Shown: one piece after another, positions 9,894 through 20,322 of the stretch
How the letters are laid out: each line of letters begins with the position of its first letter
Position numbering within the stretch: the first letter of the stretch is position 1
Source: a virus
Lineage: Duplodnaviria > Caudoviricetes
Strand: one strand, 5' to 3'
DNA: 64,000 nt
IMG/VR virus record: IMGVR_UViG_3300035517_000173
Span: 4,346-68,345 of that record
Notes under the pieces: generated by a model
Told to the model about the DNA's origin: nothing
What the model saw: only the letters and a program-made list of their open reading frames with translations
Database searches by the model: none
Position numbers and translations under genes: made by a program

Positions 9894-9919
9894 AAAGAGA
9901 GTGCCGAAACACTCTCTTG
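9894..9919 (-). terminator. Rho-independent terminator after the moron
   Basis: Minus: AAGAGAGTG-tttcgg-CACTCTCTTTT. Confidence 0.7.
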
Positions 9920-9939
9920 ATTTTACCATAGATTATGAT

Positions 9940-11028
9940 TTACTTTAGTTTAACTTTTATTGTCTTTGTATTCCAGCTTTTGAAATAATCTTCTTTTGGA
10001 CGTATCTCCAATGAAAATTCAATCTTTTTGATTTTCTTTATTGCGTTATCGGAAAGAAATGTTTCACTTGGACTAACCTTTATTTCTGTCCTACTCTTGT
10101 TAAAAACAATTACGCTAACCAAATCAAAGTCAAGTTCTGATGACGTATAATCATTTATTGATAAATTATTAATATCTGTATCGAAGTAACTGCCGGTATT
10201 GTTTATTATAACAAATTTATAATCTCCATCTTCTTCCCCTACGTATTGAACAGAAATTCCATCCTTTTTATATATTGTTTCATTACTTTTATATTTTATA
10301 TTGCCATCATATAAACTTGTTTTCAGCCTTATTACTCCAGTATCAAATGATTTAAAAGACTTATCATTATCGTACGCCCAAAACAAAATATCTATGTACT
10401 TGATTTCACTTATTCCATTTTCCGACAAGAATGTTTTATCTATTTCCAATTCTGTATTCGCCTTCTTGCCTTTTGCCACGTCACAATCCATATCATATAT
10501 GTTATTATTTGCCATTATTCCATTTACGCTATACGCATGAGCATTGAACCCAAGATTTAATTTAGACTTATTTTCAATCTTGAATTTCAAAGTATGTGAA
10601 GAACTATCGTAGCCATTAACATAAATTGATACTTTGTTTTTGCTGTATATCTTTTTCTTTTTTATTGTTTCTTTTTTGGCTTTCGTTTTTTCACTGTTCT
10701 TGCTTTTGTCTTTACTGCTTGATTCCTCTGTCTTTGTAGTAACTTCTTTTCCACTTTCAGAATCATCATCACCAGATGCAAGAGAAACTAACGCATAAAA
10801 CACAGCCACAATTACTATGCAAAGTATAACCCATTTACCATTTCCGTTTTTCTTGTTGTCATTTCCAGTATTCGAATACATTCCATTTATCGGTATCGAA
10901 CCATTCTGATTCATTGCGTCTGTTTGCTGAATTTCATAATCTTTCGTGCATTTATCACACACATTGTTTTCATTCCCTGTTTCTGTTCCACATAGTATAC
11001 ATTTCATTGTTTTCCCCCTCTTCTCCAT
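9940..11028 (-). CDS. Membrane-anchored exported protein (moron; superinfection-exclusion candidate)
   Basis: N-terminal CxxC...CxxC zinc ribbon, one TM helix, Lys/Ser linker, duplicated beta-rich domains; AT-rich. Confidence 0.75.
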   Translation of the reverse strand: MEKRGKTMKCILCGTETGNENNVCDKCTKDYEIQQTDAMNQNGSIPINGMYSNTGNDNKKNGNGKWVILCIVIVAVFYALVSLASGDDDSESGKEVTTKTEESSSKDKSKNSEKTKAKKETIKKKKIYSKNKVSIYVNGYDSSSHTLKFKIENKSKLNLGFNAHAYSVNGIMANNNIYDMDCDVAKGKKANTELEIDKTFLSENGISEIKYIDILFWAYDNDKSFKSFDTGVIRLKTSLYDGNIKYKSNETIYKKDGISVQYVGEEDGDYKFVIINNTGSYFDTDINNLSINDYTSSELDFDLVSVIVFNKSRTEIKVSPSETFLSDNAIKKIKKIEFSLEIRPKEDYFKSWNTKTIKVKLK

Positions 11029-11033
11029 TCAGA

Positions 11034-11267
11034 TTAAAAATATCCCACATTCACAAAGAGTACCAATGAAAGTGATGTACTGATTATGGACAACGCCCAT
11101 CCAAACCCTGCAACACTGCTTTTCTCTGATTTTGATAGTCCTATTGACGACAACACAAGAGAAATAAGTCCTAGCATTACTCCCACAAAATACATACGTG
11201 AAAACAAAACGCTAAGCACACCTAACGCTACGGAAGCATAGCTTATTGTCTGTATTCTGTCTTTCAT
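11034..11267 (-). CDS. Small multi-TM membrane protein (moron), start MKDRIQ
   Basis: GGGGG RBS before the ATG at 11267; almost entirely hydrophobic. Confidence 0.7.
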   Translation of the reverse strand: MKDRIQTISYASVALGVLSVLFSRMYFVGVMLGLISLVLSSIGLSKSEKSSVAGFGWALSIISTSLSLVLFVNVGYF

Positions 11268-11301
11268 TTTAATTCCCCCTTGAAATATAGATAGTGGGGA
11301 T

Positions 11302-11330
11302 ATTATACCACATCCCCACTTTTTTGTAAA
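11302..11330 (-). promoter_or_regulatory. Moron promoter embedded in a hairpin
   Basis: Minus TTTACA-17-TATAAT with extended TG; overlaps the IR AGTGGGGAT/ATCCCCACT. Confidence 0.7.
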
Positions 11331-11334
11331 GGAA

Positions 11335-14300
11335 TCATGCAAATAACGGCTTTCCTGTGCGTTTCTTGTTCTTTGTGTTTGCGTCCGAAACAATCTTTAC
11401 GATATCACCGTCCGAAACTCCCTCAACGTACAATGCGTTTCCGCTGTTCTGTCCGCTGTTCATTGCGCTTATGGATGTAGCAAGCCTTGTCAATACTGGA
11501 TTCAGCACATTATATACTGCGTCCGATACACCGCCTGCAACGGATGTTACAATCTGGTCATTGTTTGCGACAACAGGATTGTTACCTTGCCGTCCGATAA
11601 ACTCAGGCTTTCCGTTTTCATTTGCATAAAACAAATCAGCTTTCGTAGGATAACCGCCCTTTTTATAATACTCTATCATTCCGTTTTTTTGTAGTGCCTG
11701 CGCCCAAGGCAATTGTGCAAGGGCATTAGCAGTGTTCATTGCTTTTGGAAGTCGTATTTTTACCGCCTTTATAGACGTTTTAACAGCACTTCCGTTATCA
11801 AGTTTGGTCTGCAACCCTGTTGATGTAACAATCGTGCTAACAGTCATTTTTGAGCCGTTCAGCAGATTGTTCTTTGCTGTTTTTCCGTCTTGTGTAAGGC
11901 TTACCTTATTTACTTTCGCACCGACTGTCAAATCTTTGTCTGTCGTAACCTTTGCCTTTAGGCTAATGTCCGGTGCCTTGATGTTTTTCAGCTTTGTTTC
12001 TGCGTCTGTCGTATCTGCTTTCGGCTTAAACGTCATGTTAGGAACATATGACGGCAATTTGCCTAATGTAGTTTGCGCACTGCTTGTATCTGCGGTTATC
12101 TTTGCTGTCTTATCTTTCACACTTGAAATAGTACTTGCTAAATCATCAACTGCTTTTCCTCCTATTGTATACGCCTCTACGGTAACTTCCTTGTTATCTG
12201 TATTATTTACCGAATCTTTTAAGTTATCAACATCTTTCTTTCCACTGGTTGTCGCTTTTACTTTAACAGATTTACCTTTTGTCTTTTTAATTGTTGTCTG
12301 TACTTCCTCAACATCTTTCTTTCCGCTTGTCGTTGCTTTAACTTTGACCGATTTCGATTTTAAATTCTTAATTGCCTTTTTTAAATCTTTAGCAGATGTA
12401 TAGTTTCCATCAACTATTTTCTTATACTGCTCCCATGATATTTCTCCACTTTCAAGTTTTTCTTTTAAGTCTTTTTGTATTTCTATATTGTCACTTGAAG
12501 TTACATTCAATTTTGACAATTTTTTCTGTAGCTTTTCAATTGCTTTCCTATATTTTGTTGTATATGTGATTGATTTTGCATAATAACCGCCCTTACTTGT
12601 ATTGTATGAACCTGTCACATTTTTATCATTTCCAAGCCCTACGGCATTTGCAAAATCAATCCATGATTGTTCTTTTTGTTCACTCGTAAATGATTTGTAA
12701 TCTTTTTCTAGTGCTTTTTTTAATTGCTTTTCTGTTATACTGCCACTTTCAATAGCTTTTGACAAACTGCTTATTAAATATGCTTGTTTTGTCGTATTTG
12801 AATAACCAAACTTATCAGTCAGTTCTTGAACTTGCTTGAGTAACATTGACTTTTCATCAGTTCCACTCGTATATGTGCTGGTTACATCTCCTGCATCACC
12901 ACCTGCAGTTATAGAATTTTCCCAAAATCCATATGCGGCAACCATTGCGACACCCATTGCTCGCCCTAGTTTCGTTCCAAGTACAGAAAATCTCTTTTTT
13001 AGCTTATCGCTTAATTTTATTTTTGGTGCTGAAGCCGTTAGCCCTCTTGTTATTAATGTAGCGAAAACTTTCTTAAAAATACCTTTCAAAGCACCAAACT
13101 TACTCATCAACCTCTTGAATGTGAATATTTTAGCTAATATTAAAAGTGCGCTTAAAACATCGGATGGATTTTTCTTTATAGCAGCAATCGCCATTTTGAA
13201 CAGTCCTTTTATCGCTGATGCAAGAACATCTTTTATACTGCTCAATATCTCTTTCCATTTTAAGCCTTTCAGAAAGTCTGCTATTGCAACACCTATATCT
13301 TCCCAATGAACATTTTTCAATGCCGTTGTGATAGAATTTGCCAACCCTTTTATACTATCGCCTATTGTTGCGCCAAGTGTCTCCCATCCTGTCATTCCTG
13401 TATCTTTATTCTTTTGATTCATGGACTTAAAAAATTTATTGATACCATCTGCAATTTTACTTCCTAATTCCGTCCATGCGCTCTTTTTTGATACAATGGT
13501 ATATAGTCCTGTCGCTAAAGAACTTACCAGTTTTCCTAATTTCCAAGTGACTTTTCCAAAGTCAATACTTCCTATCAAATCGGAAATTGCCTGTCCTACC
13601 TTATCCCATGTCGTTATATCTCCCAGTGCTTCTGTTATTGCGTCTATGATTCCGCTTAAACCGTCTGTTATCCCCTTTCCTAATTCCTGCCATCCTGTCA
13701 GTTTAGTATTTTTATTTTTCTTGCTCATTGTGTCAAGAAAATCGTTGATTCCATTTTTCAAGTGAGTTCCCAAACTCTTAAAGTCAAATGTCTCTATTGC
13801 GCCAAATGCAAGTTCAATGGCGGCTCTTATTTTATCTGCTATAAGGCTAAAATAACTTTCCAAAACGCCAGTTTTTATTGCACTGTTCAAACTTGTTGCA
13901 AGGCTAGAACCTAAATTAGTCCAATCTACTTTCTCAAAGAAATTTTTTTCTGCTTCCAATACAGCTTTAATTGAATTGCCGATTGCTTTTCCAAGACCTT
14001 TCCAGTCTAACTGATTAACAAATCCATTGAACGCCGTCGCAAGCAATCCAGCCATTTTCTTTAAGGTGCTTGAAAACTCTGACATATGCTCGTTTACCCA
14101 GTTAATGCCTTTGTTTATCCATGCAGCAACAAGCGTTCCTATATCTGTACCGTCACCACTCTTCCATGCGCTCTTGAATAAATTCGTCAGTTTTTCCGCA
14201 AATTTCTCTGCGGCATTCTGCATTTCTTTAAACTTTTGATTCCATACTTTTTGATAATCGGAAAGCATATCGTTCAATGCGGATGTCAACTTGTCTGTCA

Positions 14301-16383
14301 CATTGGTTGCTGAATCATCATCACCGCTACTGCTAGAACTTGTTGTGGATGTAGTCATGTTATTTAATTTATCAAATCCTTGCAACTGTTTGTTGAATTT
14401 CTTCTGTGATTCCGTAGAATCATCTATTGCGCTTGATAAATCTTCCTCATCGTCAAGTAAATCCGAAATGGCACTGTTATCGCTCCCAGTGTCTTTAAAA
14501 AGGCTCATGTCAACGCCTAACAGACTTCCAACATATGTAACAAGGTTTCTTACGGCAATCGCAAAGCCGTTAAGATAAGGCAGTATTTTCTGAACTACAG
14601 GCAGGAATATCTGACCGATTGCACGTGAAATTGAAGTCAGATTGTTCTTCAACAACCTCAACTGGTTTGCCGGCTGTGAAATCGTTGAAGCCATATCACC
14701 CCATGCGTACCTTGTGCTGTCAAGAAGCGTAATGGTTCTCAACAGTGCCTTGTCATTCTGATTAAGGTTTGAGATATTTGCCTTTATGCCTAAATTGTTA
14801 AGCTGTGTCTGTAAATTGGCATTACGGATATTTACGCCGTATTTATCCCATGTACGGCTCATACCGGTAAGTCCGCTTGCCATATCTTCCCATGTATCTT
14901 CAAAATCAAGGTTCTTTACGGACGCAAGGTCAGCACCAATCTCTGTCAATGCTGTGGATAATTGCGTTGCTGTGTCGCTTGCCACACCCATTGATGATGA
15001 CATTTGCGCAAACATAGCTTGATAATTCATTGTGAGGTTTGGGTCAAGTCCGAGGCTTGCCTGTCCTGTTGCTGTCAACTGACCATTTTTACCCACGTTA
15101 AAGCCTGTTAATTTACTTGTGAGGTTCTCTGCCGTCTGCTGAAATGAGTTTGCGTATTCCTGCGCAGACTTATAGCCTAACTCTTTCCATGCACTAAGGT
15201 CTGCTTTGGATGCTACTTGATTAAAGGCGGCTTGAAAATAATTGTACGTTTCTATGTAGTCCATAGCAGATTCAATTGAATTTCCAAGCTGTTTAAAGGC
15301 ACGTATTAACATGAAACACTTCGCATAGAACATACCTATAGTTGATACAAAGCCTTTGGATGTTGAATTGGCAGACTTTATCCACGGAACAAACTTTCTC
15401 ACAGTATTTGTCAGTTTTTGGAATGGGGCTGAATTTCCTATTGCAGAAAACATCTTTTTGAACCCGCCAGTAACACCGCCAAGCACCTTTTTAAGTCCGT
15501 TAAGTATAACAGAAGAACCGCTCGCACCTCTGTTTACACCGCTAAACATACCGCTTGAAAATCTTCCAGCATTTGCCAGATTTCCAAGTCCTTGAATCGT
15601 ATTGGCAATATTATCACTTATGTTCGGTGCGCTTTGAAGTTTCTGTAAAAGACGGATAACTCCATCACCAAGGTCATCTAAATTAGAAACTGTTTCACCG
15701 ACTTTTTTCCCTGCGCTTGCCAGTTTTGCAATTGCTTCAACAACTTTGGATATGCTTACATCTATTGTTCCAACAGTGGAAAGACTTCTGACAAGAGCAA
15801 CAATCTGATTCCCAAGTATAGGCAACTGAACTGTTACATTTCCTATGTACTGTCCTGTGCCGGACAACCTCGCAATAGCAGACACAAGGCGAACAACCTT
15901 AGAATCTATGTTACCAACCGCTGAAAGTTTATTCGCAAAATCGGCTATAGTTGTTGCTATAGCGTTCATTTTCGCAGTGTCAAACCCTGTCATATCTACC
16001 CTTGCAAGGTTCTTAATGGCGTTTATTGCCGGAGTAATGTTCTGTAAGTTGCTTATTTTACTGATTGCTTCAAGACTTCTAGCCAGTGTATTAAGACCGC
16101 CTGCCGCACTATTCAATTTTGTCGCATCTATATTTGCAAATTTCTGAAATCCGTTTGCAATCCTTGTAAACTCTGATGCTTTAACACCACTAAGTGATTT
16201 TGTGGCAGACGCAAGTTTATTTACGCCGTTTGCAAGTCCGCTCAAATTACTTCCGCTGATGCTTCCAAGGCTTCTTGAAAGAGTGCCAAGTTTACTGACC
16301 AACTTATCTATGGAATCACTTGCGCTTTTCGCCTGTGCTGAAATCTTAATATCCAATGAATCTACTGTAGCCATGACTGACAC
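11335..16383 (-). CDS. Tape measure protein
   Basis: 1682 aa, Ala/Gly-rich amphipathic repeats; follows the tail chaperones. Confidence 0.92.
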   Translation of the reverse strand: MSVMATVDSLDIKISAQAKSASDSIDKLVSKLGTLSRSLGSISGSNLSGLANGVNKLASATKSLSGVKASEFTRIANGFQKFANIDATKLNSAAGGLNTLARSLEAISKISNLQNITPAINAIKNLARVDMTGFDTAKMNAIATTIADFANKLSAVGNIDSKVVRLVSAIARLSGTGQYIGNVTVQLPILGNQIVALVRSLSTVGTIDVSISKVVEAIAKLASAGKKVGETVSNLDDLGDGVIRLLQKLQSAPNISDNIANTIQGLGNLANAGRFSSGMFSGVNRGASGSSVILNGLKKVLGGVTGGFKKMFSAIGNSAPFQKLTNTVRKFVPWIKSANSTSKGFVSTIGMFYAKCFMLIRAFKQLGNSIESAMDYIETYNYFQAAFNQVASKADLSAWKELGYKSAQEYANSFQQTAENLTSKLTGFNVGKNGQLTATGQASLGLDPNLTMNYQAMFAQMSSSMGVASDTATQLSTALTEIGADLASVKNLDFEDTWEDMASGLTGMSRTWDKYGVNIRNANLQTQLNNLGIKANISNLNQNDKALLRTITLLDSTRYAWGDMASTISQPANQLRLLKNNLTSISRAIGQIFLPVVQKILPYLNGFAIAVRNLVTYVGSLLGVDMSLFKDTGSDNSAISDLLDDEEDLSSAIDDSTESQKKFNKQLQGFDKLNNMTTSTTSSSSSGDDDSATNVTDKLTSALNDMLSDYQKVWNQKFKEMQNAAEKFAEKLTNLFKSAWKSGDGTDIGTLVAAWINKGINWVNEHMSEFSSTLKKMAGLLATAFNGFVNQLDWKGLGKAIGNSIKAVLEAEKNFFEKVDWTNLGSSLATSLNSAIKTGVLESYFSLIADKIRAAIELAFGAIETFDFKSLGTHLKNGINDFLDTMSKKNKNTKLTGWQELGKGITDGLSGIIDAITEALGDITTWDKVGQAISDLIGSIDFGKVTWKLGKLVSSLATGLYTIVSKKSAWTELGSKIADGINKFFKSMNQKNKDTGMTGWETLGATIGDSIKGLANSITTALKNVHWEDIGVAIADFLKGLKWKEILSSIKDVLASAIKGLFKMAIAAIKKNPSDVLSALLILAKIFTFKRLMSKFGALKGIFKKVFATLITRGLTASAPKIKLSDKLKKRFSVLGTKLGRAMGVAMVAAYGFWENSITAGGDAGDVTSTYTSGTDEKSMLLKQVQELTDKFGYSNTTKQAYLISSLSKAIESGSITEKQLKKALEKDYKSFTSEQKEQSWIDFANAVGLGNDKNVTGSYNTSKGGYYAKSITYTTKYRKAIEKLQKKLSKLNVTSSDNIEIQKDLKEKLESGEISWEQYKKIVDGNYTSAKDLKKAIKNLKSKSVKVKATTSGKKDVEEVQTTIKKTKGKSVKVKATTSGKKDVDNLKDSVNNTDNKEVTVEAYTIGGKAVDDLASTISSVKDKTAKITADTSSAQTTLGKLPSYVPNMTFKPKADTTDAETKLKNIKAPDISLKAKVTTDKDLTVGAKVNKVSLTQDGKTAKNNLLNGSKMTVSTIVTSTGLQTKLDNGSAVKTSIKAVKIRLPKAMNTANALAQLPWAQALQKNGMIEYYKKGGYPTKADLFYANENGKPEFIGRQGNNPVVANNDQIVTSVAGGVSDAVYNVLNPVLTRLATSISAMNSGQNSGNALYVEGVSDGDIVKIVSDANTKNKKRTGKPLFA

Positions 16384-16449
16384 CTCTTTCTATAAAAAAA
16401 TATGGCGGCACACCATAGCGCACCGCCTTTATCTGTTTTCATGATTCAA

Positions 16450-16956
16450 TTACAAGCCAATTACCATAATAATATGTTTTCCGGATTTAAGTGGCATATC
16501 GCCAAGTTTGAAACGTGACGAATTAAGATTAGTTATTTTCTTAAACCGTTTCGGGTACTTACTAACCGTATAACTCTCAAATGTTGATGTCGTTATGGCA
16601 GACGGTACAACCTCTTTTCCGTATGCAAAGTTAATGGCACATCCGCACAATTCTGAACAGTCACCATTGCACAGGCTAATCTCATTGATTCTTTTTATAT
16701 CCCATCCTATTTTCTGGCACTGCGAATACAATGTACTTCTGTCATCCTGTCCGTAACCAATATTGTTATTGTTACACATTTTCTTCAATGCTTTTGCAGC
16801 CTTTTTTCGTCTTGCCGGATTTTTGAATCGAATCAATTTATCCTGTCCAAAATTGTAATAACTTCCTGTTTTAACTTCCCATCCGGTCTGGTCACCCTTT
16901 TTACCGTTTTTCGATTTATTTTCGGACTGTGACGCCCATCCACATAATAATGACAT
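16450..16956 (-). CDS. Peptidoglycan amidohydrolase (NlpC/P60-like) catalytic domain only
   Basis: ASQSEN...GDQTG.EV, IGYGQDDR, DCS (Cys) and GKH (His) motifs like Clostridia phage lysins; no cell-wall-binding domain. Confidence 0.7.
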   Translation of the reverse strand: MSLLCGWASQSENKSKNGKKGDQTGWEVKTGSYYNFGQDKLIRFKNPARRKKAAKALKKMCNNNNIGYGQDDRSTLYSQCQKIGWDIKRINEISLCNGDCSELCGCAINFAYGKEVVPSAITTSTFESYTVSKYPKRFKKITNLNSSRFKLGDMPLKSGKHIIMVIGL

Positions 16957-16973
16957 AATATCATTCCTTTCTT

Positions 16974-17285
16974 TTACATAGGACTTTCCGGAAGTCCTTG
17001 TTTTTTCAATTCATTTATTCGCTGTTTCATTTCAAATACCGCCACTTCTTCTTGATTCGAGTTCTCTTTTTCACTGTTTTCTCCGAAAAGCGGTTTATCC
17101 GGATATCCCTTATCCGAAAAACAAGCAGCAATCCCTTTCATGACATATACGCCCATTTCCCACATTTTCATGTCAATAACTTGCATTTTGCTGTTATATG
17201 CCTTGTAAAATGCTTTCAGTTTTTTCGGTGTTAAATGCCAAAACAATTCATAAGGAACTCCAACCATAATAGCGTCCGGTAACAT
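16974..17285 (-). CDS. Tail assembly chaperone, frameshift extension (T part)
   Basis: GVPYELFWHLTP motif; the -1 frame is open back to 17411. Confidence 0.75.
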   Translation of the reverse strand: MLPDAIMVGVPYELFWHLTPKKLKAFYKAYNSKMQVIDMKMWEMGVYVMKGIAACFSDKGYPDKPLFGENSEKENSNQEEVAVFEMKQRINELKKQGLPESPM

Positions 17286-17296
17286 TTCTTCAAATA

Positions 17297-17767
17297 CTAT
17301 TTGTCGGTAGCTTTTGTCGTTTTCTTCTTGTGGTCTTGTGGTACTTTCGGACTTTTCTCTGTTTTCTCTTCCGTTTCCAACATCTGATTCAGCCCGACCA
17401 GTTTGAAAAAATCATCATCTGACATGGTATCAATCATAATTTCCATTACCGCGTAGAAATTCCCTTTGCCATCTTCCTTATGTTCTGCAAAATACTGTCT
17501 TATGAGTTTTTTTGCGTCACCCTCATTCAATACGCTACCGTCACCGCTTGCTCCATGATGTTCAATAAGTCCTGCGTAAAACATTGACATTGTTGTCTGC
17601 GGAACATCACACAAGTTCTTCAATACGTCTGCCGGATTTTCATTATCCTGCGCTTCTTCCATCTTGTATAAGAGGGATGTTATTTTCTCTGTGCAATCAT
17701 TATAGAGTGCCGCTTCAATTGAAAATTCAAATGTGTATTCTTTTCCACCAATTGTTAATACTTTCAT
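17297..17767 (-). CDS. Tail assembly chaperone (G)
   Basis: Directly after the major tail gene; contains a slippery heptamer. Confidence 0.8.
   Translation of the reverse strand: MKVLTIGGKEYTFEFSIEAALYNDCTEKITSLLYKMEEAQDNENPADVLKNLCDVPQTTMSMFYAGLIEHHGASGDGSVLNEGDAKKLIRQYFAEHKEDGKGNFYAVMEIMIDTMSDDDFFKLVGLNQMLETEEKTEKSPKVPQDHKKKTTKATDK
17405..17411 (-). other. Programmed -1 frameshift heptamer T TTT TTC
   Basis: GAT GAT TTT TTC AAA; the -1 frame opens immediately after a TGA and runs without stops into 16974-17285. Confidence 0.75.
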
Positions 17768-17946
17768 TCTTTACCTTTCCTTTCCCTTTGGATTTATGGG
17801 AAAGGGGCAGTGTTTCCACCGCCCCAGTTCCTACCAAAATCAACTCAATTCATCACTATCTTATTCATTACTGATAGCTTCGTCTGCATTTTCAGTTCCG
17901 GCTGTACTGTCTGCGCTCTGCGATTCAGCCGATGTTCTCGTAGAGC

Positions 17947-18486
17947 TTACGATTTTTTTGTCAGCTTAATTTGTGTCGGATATCCGTTTTCATCTTCCGT
18001 TACTTCAACGTCGTAGTTATCTTCAATCCAACGTGGAACTGTTGATACCGCTATGGTTGCTGTTCCTGTCAAGTGGTCATCTGTTGCAGAATCCGGTGAG
18101 AACCTTTCCTCTCCGATAAATGCGCAAATTCCCTCTGAACCTTTGCCGTCCGTTCCATAAAGGATACAAAAATCAAGTTTCTTGTTTTCGTTCTCAATCA
18201 AATCATCTTTGTAGGACTTCTCAAATGCTCCAGATACTTCCATTGAGCCTGCTGCGGTTCTTCCAAATTCCTGTGTTTCCACCAAGTCCTCAAGAGTGGA
18301 AGTGTCTACCATGTTTGGTGAGCCGAACGGACTAGGGATCTCTTTCGCTCTGATTAACAGTTTGTAAGTACCAGCCCAGTAATCAGAAGCGCCTGTGTCT
18401 TTTGTTTTTTCTCTGTAGATAATTCTACTTTTCAAACCGGTTGCCATTTTACATACCTCCATTTTTTTAATATAAAAAAAGGGCAT
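17947..18486 (-). CDS. Major tail (tube) protein
   Basis: PSPFGSPNMVDTSTLED...EFG..AAGSMEVSG tail-tube motif; likely start MATG. Confidence 0.85.
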   Translation of the reverse strand: MPFFYIKKMEVCKMATGLKSRIIYREKTKDTGASDYWAGTYKLLIRAKEIPSPFGSPNMVDTSTLEDLVETQEFGRTAAGSMEVSGAFEKSYKDDLIENENKKLDFCILYGTDGKGSEGICAFIGEERFSPDSATDDHLTGTATIAVSTVPRWIEDNYDVEVTEDENGYPTQIKLTKKS

Positions 18487-18508
18487 ACGCCCTTATCTTT
18501 ATTTCTTG

Positions 18509-18925
18509 TTAAATTTTATCTCCACAATCTATGTGTCTTGTAAATGTTGCGTTGCTTTGATATATGCCGGATGAAACCTCATAACCGGGCATTGCAGTAG
18601 CCTTAAAAAGCATTTTTTTCATTGCCTTGACTACGTGTCGCATTATTTTCTTTGATTCTTCTTGACTATTGTTACTCATGACGCTTACTTGAAATACAAA
18701 CCTTGCGCCGTTAATCGTGCAGCGTTCCAAGTCCTCTGATGTTTCGGATGAATCAATAATTTTCATATAAACAAATGGGAACTTAGGTGTTGAATTTGAC
18801 GCACTGACGGTTGAAAACTTATCATCCGACAAGCTACACGCCTTTGATACATCATCTTTCATTCTTGCAAATACAATAGACTGTATCAAATCGTACCACG
18901 ACCAATCAGCCATTGAACCAACCAC
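18509..18925 (-). CDS. Tail terminator/completion protein
   Basis: PKFPFVY motif; position. Confidence 0.7.
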   Translation of the reverse strand: MVGSMADWSWYDLIQSIVFARMKDDVSKACSLSDDKFSTVSASNSTPKFPFVYMKIIDSSETSEDLERCTINGARFVFQVSVMSNNSQEESKKIMRHVVKAMKKMLFKATAMPGYEVSSGIYQSNATFTRHIDCGDKI

Positions 18926-19462
18926 CTACTTTCCGAATATTTCTTTTGCTGTTTTTCCCACGATTGACCGCAACTGAGAACTCGTGTTGTGCATGAACGG
19001 TCTGGACGGCATACCCTCTGTGTAATGCCATTTGCCATCATCACCCGGATAAAACCAGTAATAATGACCAGTTACGGCATTTTTCTTGATTGTTTTCCAT
19101 GTCGCATAATTCCAACTCACGCCGTCGGGTAGCTTGTGTGGATATGGCACGTCAAGTCCTCGCTGTCCTGTACCGAACTCAACGAATATCGCACTTTCGT
19201 CATCTGCAACAACCGCAAATATCGCACCGCCTTTTTGACTTCCAACGTATTCACTGTGTATGCTTTGAAGCAGTTCGCCTGTAAATATAGCGTCAAGGTC
19301 TGCAATCTGTACCCTTGCAATCTCTACGCCACGTTCGGCAAGTGTTTCAGCTAACAATCTCGCCTTGTACTCTATGCTGTTCTTGTATTTCAAAAGTTCT
19401 TTCTGCAACTGTGCTATGGACGATTGCGAAAGTATGTCGCATTTTAGTGTTTTCTTTGGCAT
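18926..19462 (-). CDS. HK97 gp10-like neck/tail completion protein
   Basis: AIFVEFGTG...TEGMPSRPFM. Confidence 0.8.
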   Translation of the reverse strand: MPKKTLKCDILSQSSIAQLQKELLKYKNSIEYKARLLAETLAERGVEIARVQIADLDAIFTGELLQSIHSEYVGSQKGGAIFAVVADDESAIFVEFGTGQRGLDVPYPHKLPDGVSWNYATWKTIKKNAVTGHYYWFYPGDDGKWHYTEGMPSRPFMHNTSSQLRSIVGKTAKEIFGK

Positions 19463-19469
19463 ATGTCAC

Positions 19470-19670
19470 CTACTTATTGCATGGGTTCAGCATAAACGCA
19501 TTTTCGTTTAATACTATGCCTGTTTTTAATTCCTTGAATATTGGTTCTGTTCCTTTGTAAATCTTAAAATCAACATCTTTTCTGCAAACACAGTCTTTTC
19601 CTTCAATCGAAACACACGCAAGTATTTCCTTTGTGCTTTTATCAAACACAACTATTGTTTCCTTTTCCAT
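19470..19670 (-). CDS. Hypothetical protein
   Basis: Co-oriented; GGTG RBS. Confidence 0.6.
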   Translation of the reverse strand: MEKETIVVFDKSTKEILACVSIEGKDCVCRKDVDFKIYKGTEPIFKELKTGIVLNENAFMLNPCNK

Positions 19671-19677
19671 TTCACAC

Positions 19678-20112
19678 CTACTTTGTCATTGCTGAAAGAA
19701 CATACCTTGTCCAGTTCGGCGATTTCACAACCTTTGCCACCTTGTAGTCTGCACTTGTCTTGTCCACAATCGTGTTTTCCATGTCTTTATAGACGATTTC
19801 TGAATCTACCCATATAAGACTACCCTCTTGTAATTTCAAGGCGTTTTTCGGCAAAATAATCGTTGCGTCATACTGCGATATGTCAATACCGAACGCCTTA
19901 TCTTCTGATTCACCGCCACTCATGGAGAGACTTGAATAGAACTCTTTAGGAATTGTGTAACCCGGTTCGGTTTCGCCTGTCGGTATCGGTTTCAGTTCAC
20001 CGTCAATGTCAAGGTATCGAGTGTTTCCATCATCATCCTTTTGATAAACAGGCACTTCTCCGTCTCTGTTGGAATAGTACATTTTCTGCATTGTTTTCCG
20101 TCTGCAACGCAT
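19678..20112 (-). CDS. Head closure protein (probable)
   Basis: Position; beta-rich, DYKVAKV motif. Confidence 0.65.
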   Translation of the reverse strand: MRCRRKTMQKMYYSNRDGEVPVYQKDDDGNTRYLDIDGELKPIPTGETEPGYTIPKEFYSSLSMSGGESEDKAFGIDISQYDATIILPKNALKLQEGSLIWVDSEIVYKDMENTIVDKTSADYKVAKVVKSPNWTRYVLSAMTK

Positions 20113-20322
20113 TTACTCATCCACCTCTGGAAGTCCTGCAAATGAAGTCAGAATGGATAATACGCCTGCAAGCACACTCGCAGATATAACGGACACCCAG
20201 TTTACACCGCCAAGCACCGTTGCCGTACCAATCGTTGCGATTGCCGTCTGACATACCGTTTTTACGGCACGAATACCGCCCGCTTTCAGCCATTTCTTTG
20301 TTTTACTGCTCATTCTCTGCAC
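20113..20322 (-). CDS. Holin (r1t/Dp-1-like)
   Basis: [20 protein letters not shown]...[12 protein letters not shown]. Confidence 0.85.
   Translation of the reverse strand: MQRMSSKTKKWLKAGGIRAVKTVCQTAIATIGTATVLGGVNWVSVISASVLAGVLSILTSFAGLPEVDE

Noticed and set aside
11357-16444. Many plus-strand ORFs opposite the tape measure
   Set aside because: Antisense shadows with no RBS or motifs.
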